Of a stretch of 64,000 nt of DNA, positions 58,497 to 64,000 are shown piece by piece. Location: the IMG/VR virus record IMGVR_UViG_3300045007_000107, positions 37,702-101,701 of that record. One strand, given 5' to 3'. A program made the position numbers and the translations under genes. The stretch comes from a virus. The notes under the pieces are model-generated. The model saw nothing but the letters and a program-made list of their open reading frames with translations, was not told where the DNA came from and did not search any database. Every line of letters begins with the position of its first letter. The first letter of the stretch is position 1.

Positions 58497-60242
58497 ATGC
58501 CTGTAATGTCATCGGAAGCCGCGCGCACTGTGCGCAACGCGGAAACATTCGTCAAGGATTTCGACCATCGTTCGGCCGCTGGCGTCGCCGTCTTTATCGT
58601 GCGGACGCGCGAAATCCTCCGCACGCAGCACACGTTGCAGGACTACGCCATCCAAGAGGGGATGGACTTCAAATCCTGGCAGTGCAACACCGGCATCGCG
58701 AACTACCCCGCTGTGCGGCCCGATCAGCCCATGGACGACAACGGGCGAAAGCCGTCGAACTTCGTGACCAGCCCGGCGACGTTCGGCATCGACAAAGCGT
58801 TGGAGTATTGCAGCGCCCAGCTAAGCGGCGAAGTGCTGATCACCTTCACCCACGCCCACGGCAAGCTCGACAACAACGTGATCCAGCAGTGGATCAATGA
58901 TCTCGCGTTCAAGGGCATGACTAGCGCGCACCAGCGCTTCGTGTTCCTCGTGCCGCTCGACTACGTGCCGCCGCCTGAGATCGAGGAAAGCATCTATCTC
59001 ATGGACTTCCTGGCTCCCTCGCACGCGGAGCTTCGGGACAGCTACAACGACGTGCTCGCGAGTATCCGCGAGGGTGAGGCGCCGGAATTTTCCGAGGCGG
59101 AAATCAACAACCTCATCCAGAACGGCCTCGGCATGACCAGCCAAGAATTCGGCACCGCCGTATCGCTGGCCTCGGTTACCTTGCATCCGTCTGCACGCGG
59201 CGAGGACGCCCCGCCTCCCACCGTCGATGACTTTATCAAAATCGTTCTCGACCAAAAGGTCCAGATCATCCGCAAGACCAACATCCTTAAGCTCATGCCG
59301 TCCGTCAGGATGGACGAGGTCGGCGGCCTCGATCTTCTCAAGAAGTGGATCGGGGATCGTGCGGTCGGCTTCACCGAGGAAGCCAAGACTTTCGGCGTCG
59401 AAGCGCCCAAGGGCGTGCTCACGGTCGGCCCGCCCGGTACGGGTAAGTCGCTGCTCGCCAAGGCGGTCGCGTCGGTGTTCCAGCTACCGCTCGTCATCAT
59501 GGACATCAGCGCGGTATTCGACCGGTTCGTCGGCAACTCCGAGGGCAAGATGCGTTCGGCCCTGGCGCTGATCGACGCGATGGCGCCGTGTGTGCTGCTC
59601 GTGGACGAAGTGGACAAGGGTTTCGCGGGAGCCTCCGGTGGCGGCGGTGGCGGCGACGGCGGTATCACCCAGCGCGTGTTCGGTACGTTCCTCACGTGGA
59701 TGCAGGAGCGCAAGAACGACGAGAAGCCCGTCTTCACCGTCATGACCGCGAACAACATCCTCGGTCTGCCGCCCGAACTCATGCGTAAGGGTCGTATCGA
59801 TGAAATCTTCTCCGTCAGCTTCCCGTCCGCGTTGGAAGCGGCCGAAATCCTCAAGATCCACTTGAACAAGCGCGGTCACGAGGATACTCTGACGGACGGT
59901 GAAATTCGCGAGGTCGTGACAAGCTGTCACAACTTCGTCGGCGCCGAACTCGAAGCTATCGTCAAAGACGGTCTGTACACCGCCTTCAACAGCCCGCAGG
60001 GCGAACTCACGAAGGAAATCCTGATCAATCAGGCCAAAGCACTCAAGCCTATGTCGGTCACGTTCGCGGATCGTATCCGGGTGCTGGACGATTGGGCCAA
60101 GAACAACACCAAGCCCGCATCAAGCGGCCAGACCTTCACCACGGACGACGAGGCCAAGCCGGCCGCTACCGGTGGGTTGCAGCGTCGCCTTCTCCGTCCC
60201 CGCACCAAGGCGGCGGCCCCCGGCCGTACCATGGACAACTAA
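58497..60242 (+). CDS. Ycf46-like AAA+ ATPase
   Basis: VGGLDLLKKW, GPPGTGKSLLAKA, LLVDEVDKGF, FGTFLTWMQE, TAN..LPPELMRKGRIDEIF. Confidence 0.88.
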   Translation: MPVMSSEAARTVRNAETFVKDFDHRSAAGVAVFIVRTREILRTQHTLQDYAIQEGMDFKSWQCNTGIANYPAVRPDQPMDDNGRKPSNFVTSPATFGIDKALEYCSAQLSGEVLITFTHAHGKLDNNVIQQWINDLAFKGMTSAHQRFVFLVPLDYVPPPEIEESIYLMDFLAPSHAELRDSYNDVLASIREGEAPEFSEAEINNLIQNGLGMTSQEFGTAVSLASVTLHPSARGEDAPPPTVDDFIKIVLDQKVQIIRKTNILKLMPSVRMDEVGGLDLLKKWIGDRAVGFTEEAKTFGVEAPKGVLTVGPPGTGKSLLAKAVASVFQLPLVIMDISAVFDRFVGNSEGKMRSALALIDAMAPCVLLVDEVDKGFAGASGGGGGGDGGITQRVFGTFLTWMQERKNDEKPVFTVMTANNILGLPPELMRKGRIDEIFSVSFPSALEAAEILKIHLNKRGHEDTLTDGEIREVVTSCHNFVGAELEAIVKDGLYTAFNSPQGELTKEILINQAKALKPMSVTFADRIRVLDDWAKNNTKPASSGQTFTTDDEAKPAATGGLQRRLLRPRTKAAAPGRTMDN

Positions 60243-60257
60243 GCGAAAGGAACCTCT

Positions 60258-60608
60258 GTGCCGCTTCGTAAAGTGGGCGCCCCTGCGGCGCCCCCCAAGC
60301 CCGTCCCCGCCGCCAAGACGTTCAAGCATCCTGCACAGGAGCGTGTTCGCAAGCCCGAGCCCGCCCAAAAGGATGAGACCGAAGATAAGGGAGTACCTCG
60401 AACGGTCACTGTTCGTTTGCACCCGAAGCACTACGATATGCTGCAAGCTATCGTGGACGCGCGGGAGACAGACAAGTCGGATGCGCTGAAATATCTTATC
60501 AGGACAGGCTTTCAAGCCTATTCAGCGCATGACGCCGAGCTTACACTCACGGACACGGCGGGGCGTATCACCACGATCCCCATCGTGAACAACGGCAAGC
60601 CTGCCTAG
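60258..60608 (+). CDS. Ribbon-helix-helix protein
   Basis: RTVTVRLHPKHYDMLQAIV...DKSDALKYLI. Confidence 0.65.
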   Translation: MPLRKVGAPAAPPKPVPAAKTFKHPAQERVRKPEPAQKDETEDKGVPRTVTVRLHPKHYDMLQAIVDARETDKSDALKYLIRTGFQAYSAHDAELTLTDTAGRITTIPIVNNGKPA

Positions 60609-60621
60609 GAACGGAGCGAAC

Positions 60622-61257
60622 ATGCTATTGCAGGTAACCACGGGCGAAGAGTCCTTCCCCGGTACGACGTGCAAGGTCGCGGCCACGTACGCCAGAACCA
60701 CGGCCTTGCAGCCGTCTGCAATGCATGTCCAGCCGAAGGACCCACGGTCGGGCGTCAGCAAGGTCGGGCAGGATCAATACTTCCCGGCCTCTTCGCGCAA
60801 CCGGAACCACGGGCAATGGATCGTCGGGCGGTACGCCGTACCCGAACAGTCCATTGTCCGCATTCGTTCGCAGCACCGCGAGTTGCGCAACGGACCTTTC
60901 TACGAGAACGCGTCCCTGTTGATCCGTATGCGGGAACAAGCCGCCCTGCGGGTTGTCCGGGTCACGCTCACACAACACGAGTACGCGGCCACACACTTCG
61001 CCTACTTCGAAGGACGGTTCGACATTGTCCGGCCCGAATGGTTCGAACAACTCGGATACGTTCCCGTTCCCGCAGAGGCGGGCGAATACATTGACGGCAC
61101 CGACCTTAATGGGGTAATCACCGTCGAAGTCAGTGAGGCTGAGATATCCCGTTGGGAGCCCGGCGCGGTGCGCTCGGTGGTTACATCAACGGGCCAACGC
61201 GTCGAATTGCCAACTGCTGGCGTTCGGCGTAAACTGCGGATACCGCAACGGCGGTAA
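60622..61257 (+). CDS. Hypothetical protein in the AAA+ operon
   Basis: ACGGAG RBS; operon position. Confidence 0.65.
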   Translation: MLLQVTTGEESFPGTTCKVAATYARTTALQPSAMHVQPKDPRSGVSKVGQDQYFPASSRNRNHGQWIVGRYAVPEQSIVRIRSQHRELRNGPFYENASLLIRMREQAALRVVRVTLTQHEYAATHFAYFEGRFDIVRPEWFEQLGYVPVPAEAGEYIDGTDLNGVITVEVSEAEISRWEPGAVRSVVTSTGQRVELPTAGVRRKLRIPQRR

Positions 61258-61274
61258 GTACGGAGCATACGAAT

Positions 61275-61721
61275 ATGTCCCACAACGTGCAAATCTCGGG
61301 CGTCAAGATCGCGAACATGGATGCGCTGCGCTCGGCCATCGATGAGCTTCGCACGGGCGGCGTCGATATCTCGCTCGATCAGTGCGGCACCTTCCGCACC
61401 TATCGGGGTCAGCCGAACCGGGCCGAGTACACGATCCACCTGCCGCGCGAGACCTACGACATCGGCCTCAACCGGACGCCCGAGGGTCACTACGCCCCGG
61501 TGTTCGACCACGACCTGATCCGCAACGGATCGGTGGCCTGCGCTTGGGAGCCGGGCGAGCGTCCGTCCGCCGACGACCGCGTGGCCGGCGCCATCGGCAA
61601 GGTCATGCAGATGTATTCGGTGCATCTCATGGAGCGTGAGGCGGCCATGAAGGGCTACTCCACCCGCCGCGAAAGCGCCGAGAACGGCGCCGTCGAGGTC
61701 GTCGTGGACATGGCGGCCTAA
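61275..61721 (+). CDS. DUF1257 / Ycf35-like protein
   Basis: MSH...I...DAL..A..EL, YDIG, Y..V.D, QMYS......A..KGY. Confidence 0.8.
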   Translation: MSHNVQISGVKIANMDALRSAIDELRTGGVDISLDQCGTFRTYRGQPNRAEYTIHLPRETYDIGLNRTPEGHYAPVFDHDLIRNGSVACAWEPGERPSADDRVAGAIGKVMQMYSVHLMEREAAMKGYSTRRESAENGAVEVVVDMAA

Positions 61722-61787
61722 CATAACCCGGCGCGGGCTCTAGGGTCCGCGTCACCCTGATCCCCAGCCAACGCACACGAGGACAAC

Positions 61788-61988
61788 ATGGCCGAAATTC
61801 GCATCACCATCGACAAGATCGGCAAAGTCAAGATGGACGCCGAAGGGTTCACGGGCGAAGCCTGCCGCGACGCGACCGGTTCCTTCGAACAGGCGCTCGC
61901 CGGCGTCGAGGTCCAGCGCGACCTCAAGTCCGAATACTACGACACGCCGGCCGAGAGCGGCGTCGATGCCGAGAACATGCGGATGTAA
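61788..61988 (+). CDS. DUF2997-like protein
   Basis: I.I.IDKIGKV...EGFTGEAC...T..FEQAL.....R.LK.EYY. Confidence 0.82.
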   Translation: MAEIRITIDKIGKVKMDAEGFTGEACRDATGSFEQALAGVEVQRDLKSEYYDTPAESGVDAENMRM

Positions 61989-62015
61989 CTTGCAGCCGTC
62001 TGCAAGCGCGTAACC

Positions 62016-62045
62016 AGGGCGGGGGCTTCGGCTTCCGCCCTTTTT
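62016..62045 (+). terminator. Rho-independent terminator
   Basis: AGGGCGGGGGC-TTCG-GCTTCCGCCCT-TTTT. Confidence 0.8.
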
Positions 62046-62472
62046 GTATCCGTGTGAGGTTCCGATGCTCCCCTACAGCAAGATCATCATCATGGCGGTC
62101 ACGATGGAACCGGCATCCCTGGTCGCGGTTCTGGCCGCCCTCGATGCACTCCACATCAAGGACGACAGTAAGGCGTCCGCCCGCTATTCAACGGCTGTGC
62201 GCCGGGGTATCATATTCTGCTAACCCGGAGGACCACATGCCCCGTATCGTCACCCAAGACGGCACCGTCATCCGCACCGATCCCGGCGCCCCTACAGCCT
62301 CGGAACCCTTCGGGGCCGGCTACCGGTCCCCGGACCTGCCGCCGCCCGCCAGCGATGCGGAAAACCCCGTTAATAACGGGTACCGTTGGATGCATCGGAT
62401 CAGCGATCCTCCCGTAACCCCCGACTGCGAGTGCCCGCTCTGCAAGCTCGGTTTTCCACTGAGGCTCGGCTA

Positions 62473-62811
62473 ATGACGAAACTCGTTTATCGCATCGACG
62501 CGAACGGCAATGTCGAGGGTCTGCTCAAGGACACGGCTATCGACAGTCGGATCTTTGCGGGCCGTCGCGAGATCCACCGCATCACTCTGATTGAGCATGA
62601 TCCCGACGAACAGAAATTTCACATCCAGTGGCTCGCCGGTCCGTTTAAGGGTCAGTACCACGACAATGTGATCGATGCGTCGATCTTCGACCGTCCCACC
62701 GAAGGCGACCCGCTTAAGGACATGCTGTTCGACACTTACGAGGAAGCGGTCGAGCACGAGATCCGGTGCGTCAACGCGCTGCGGCACAAGGGCGAGAACT
62801 TCAAGCTCTGA
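62473..62811 (+). CDS. Hypothetical protein, likely companion of the DUF1257/DUF2997/AAA module
   Basis: YRIDANGNV..L...I.R...IE......F....EA..HE pattern. Confidence 0.6.
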   Translation: MTKLVYRIDANGNVEGLLKDTAIDSRIFAGRREIHRITLIEHDPDEQKFHIQWLAGPFKGQYHDNVIDASIFDRPTEGDPLKDMLFDTYEEAVEHEIRCVNALRHKGENFKL

Positions 62812-62835
62812 TACACACCCGAAACAAACTGTGGC

Positions 62836-62860
62836 AGGCGGGATACACTCCCGCCTTTTT
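62836..62860 (+). terminator. Rho-independent terminator
   Basis: AGGCGGGA...TCCCGCCT-TTTT. Confidence 0.75.
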
Positions 62861-62993
62861 CGTACTTGACAGCCCTCTTGCAGCCGTCTGCAACTACTAC
62901 TTTGGAGGTACTACTACGTTGACAAAGAAACTACACTTGGGTTAAACTTAAGAGGTACTTCCCTATACTAATGATCCCTACCAAGGCGAAGTA

Positions 62994-63626
62994 ATGCCTT
63001 CGACTGCACCTGACTGGAAACAGACTTTCTCGGTCATGAGAGACGTTATGTTCGCTAACCGCATGTACATGGATCTCTACGAGCGTGAGACGGTCGCCTT
63101 TATCTTTGGGCGAACGCACCTCTACGGTAAAGAGTGGGAGAGCATCTCCCTGCGCCAGTTCATGCACGGCGTGCGTCGGATCGATGACGGAGCCTACATC
63201 GCCTCCCCCGTGGCTATGTCGCGAGGCAAGCTTCTCGAAAGCCTGCGACACCTCAAGGCGAAAGGATACATCGAAGTCCGCTACAGCGCCGGCTCCACGC
63301 TCTACCGTTTGACGGAGGATGTGAACCCGGAACACGCGATGCGCTACATGCAACGCCACCAGAAAAAGGAATTCGAGAGTATCTTCGGCCGCCTCCACAA
63401 GACCGAGATGCGGGACGCTGTAATACGGCAAGCTTGTAATACGGGACGTAATACACGTAATACGTGGTCCGAATACGAACCATCAAGTGGTTCGAATACG
63501 GTCCAAGACTTGGTTCGTATACGGCCCAATATAATAGTACCGATAGATAATAGGACTAATTCTAATAGTGCGGGTCGGAAGCCTCCCCGCAAGCCTTTAA
63601 GGAAACTCAGCTTAGGAAGAGTGTAA
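62994..63626 (+). CDS. Replication initiator (lambda O-like N-terminal wHTH)
   Basis: FIFGRT..YGKEWESISLRQFMHG...MSRGKL..SLRHLKAKGYI; internal repeats. Confidence 0.7.
   Translation: MPSTAPDWKQTFSVMRDVMFANRMYMDLYERETVAFIFGRTHLYGKEWESISLRQFMHGVRRIDDGAYIASPVAMSRGKLLESLRHLKAKGYIEVRYSAGSTLYRLTEDVNPEHAMRYMQRHQKKEFESIFGRLHKTEMRDAVIRQACNTGRNTRNTWSEYEPSSGSNTVQDLVRIRPNIIVPIDNRTNSNSAGRKPPRKPLRKLSLGRV
63419..63570. repeat. Putative replication origin: iterons plus AT-rich tract
   Basis: TGGTYCGWATACG at 63465, 63488, 63511 (23-bp period); four GTAATAC upstream; AT-rich 63528-63570. Confidence 0.7.
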
Positions 63627-63630
63627 TACG

Positions 63631-64000
63631 ATGGGTATCGAAAACCTCAAACGCATCGCGGAGGAAGCAGCCCAAAAGGCGACTGCCCGGCGAACCGAGA
63701 AAAAGGAACGCCCCAACCCGACCGCTTGGCGGATGGCTTGGCAAGATGCGATGCAGGAGTTCTACCCGGAGGCCGTGGTCTCCTACACAACGAAGGACGC
63801 GAACAACCTCAAGCAAGCTGTCGCTCGCGGCATCCCCGTTGGCGAGGTTGCGGCACTCATCGAATGGGCCGTCAAGAATTGGGAGCTTGTCCGCCGCAAG
63901 ATATCGAACACCGACAAGCCGATTGGCCCGCCCGTCCCCGACATGCGGTACGTGGTCTATCAGATCAGCCGCATCCACACCGCATACCGACAGAACCGAG
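63631..64000 (+). CDS. Hypothetical replication-module protein, truncated by the window end
   Basis: AGGA RBS; frame open to the end of the window. Confidence 0.6.
   Translation, partial: MGIENLKRIAEEAAQKATARRTEKKERPNPTAWRMAWQDAMQEFYPEAVVSYTTKDANNLKQAVARGIPVGEVAALIEWAVKNWELVRRKISNTDKPIGPPVPDMRYVVYQISRIHTAYRQNR

Larger units (their letters stand above)
567..62893. repeat. Dispersed 16-bp quasi-palindrome TTGCAGCCGTCTGCAA / TTGCAGACGGCTGCAA, 41 copies found
   Basis: Starts read by eye: 567, 803, 1471, 2464, 2974, 4822, 5372, 6667, 8508, 10090, 11188, 11932, 12870, 14057, 14685, 16056, 17718, 19483, 21631, 22825, 24665, 26524, 28244, 30732, 32065, 33838, 36046, 37405, 38893, 39847, 41930, 44755, 45853, 49204, 54406, 56315, 57483, 59181, 60706, 61990, 62878. 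Confidence 0.97.
1..64000 (+). mobile_element. Tailed dsDNA phage genome segment (siphovirus-like, lambda-type tail tip)
   Basis: Terminase, portal, protease, capsid, tail tube, TMP, gpM/L/K/I/J-like genes, lysis cassette and dense small hypothetical genes; no host housekeeping genes. Confidence 0.96.

Noticed and set aside
567-62893. 16-mer as a REP/MITE/IS end or as a protein repeat
   Set aside because: No flanking conservation, target duplications or transposase; it occurs in both orientations, in different frames and between genes
1-64000. Integrase, att site or repressor-cro switch
   Set aside because: No recombinase motifs or divergent HTH pair seen; the tRNAs are internal, not obviously at a prophage boundary; lifestyle cannot be called from this window
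1-64000. GANTC (CcrM site) avoidance
   Set aside because: GAGTC and GACTC are readily found

Overview
This window is 64 kb of a GC-rich tailed (siphovirus-like) phage genome. The host is probably an alphaproteobacterium; this is inferred from GcrA-like and YodC-like genes and a CCUCCUCC-loop RNA. Almost all genes are on the + strand. The order is: early/accessory genes (1-16 kb), a glycosyltransferase-ParB-terminase block, PBSX/Xkd-like head genes, a lambda-like tail (frameshifted tail chaperone, tape measure with a lytic transglycosylase, M-L-K-I and a 3595-aa J with six CBM-like modules), a lysis cassette, structured RNAs plus tRNA-Gln and tRNA-Trp, a Ycf46-AAA+/DUF1257/DUF2997 module, and a replication initiator with internal iterons. 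No integrase or CRISPR array was seen. The most striking unexplained signal is a 16-bp quasi-palindrome, (T/G)TGCAGmcgkCTGCA(A/C). I found 41 copies by eye, spaced fairly regularly about every 1.5 kb; roughly half lie inside genes, where they force otherwise rare codons. This suggests a genome-wide protein-binding lattice, possibly parS-like for the phage ParB. Other notable signals are a recurrent terminal peptide tag (P)LRK[LVI] in about nine proteins, apparent avoidance of all CTSSAG hexamers, an apparently split prohead protease, and an 18-bp-period array near 2.1-2.3 kb. All family assignments come from motif recognition by eye; no database searches were run.
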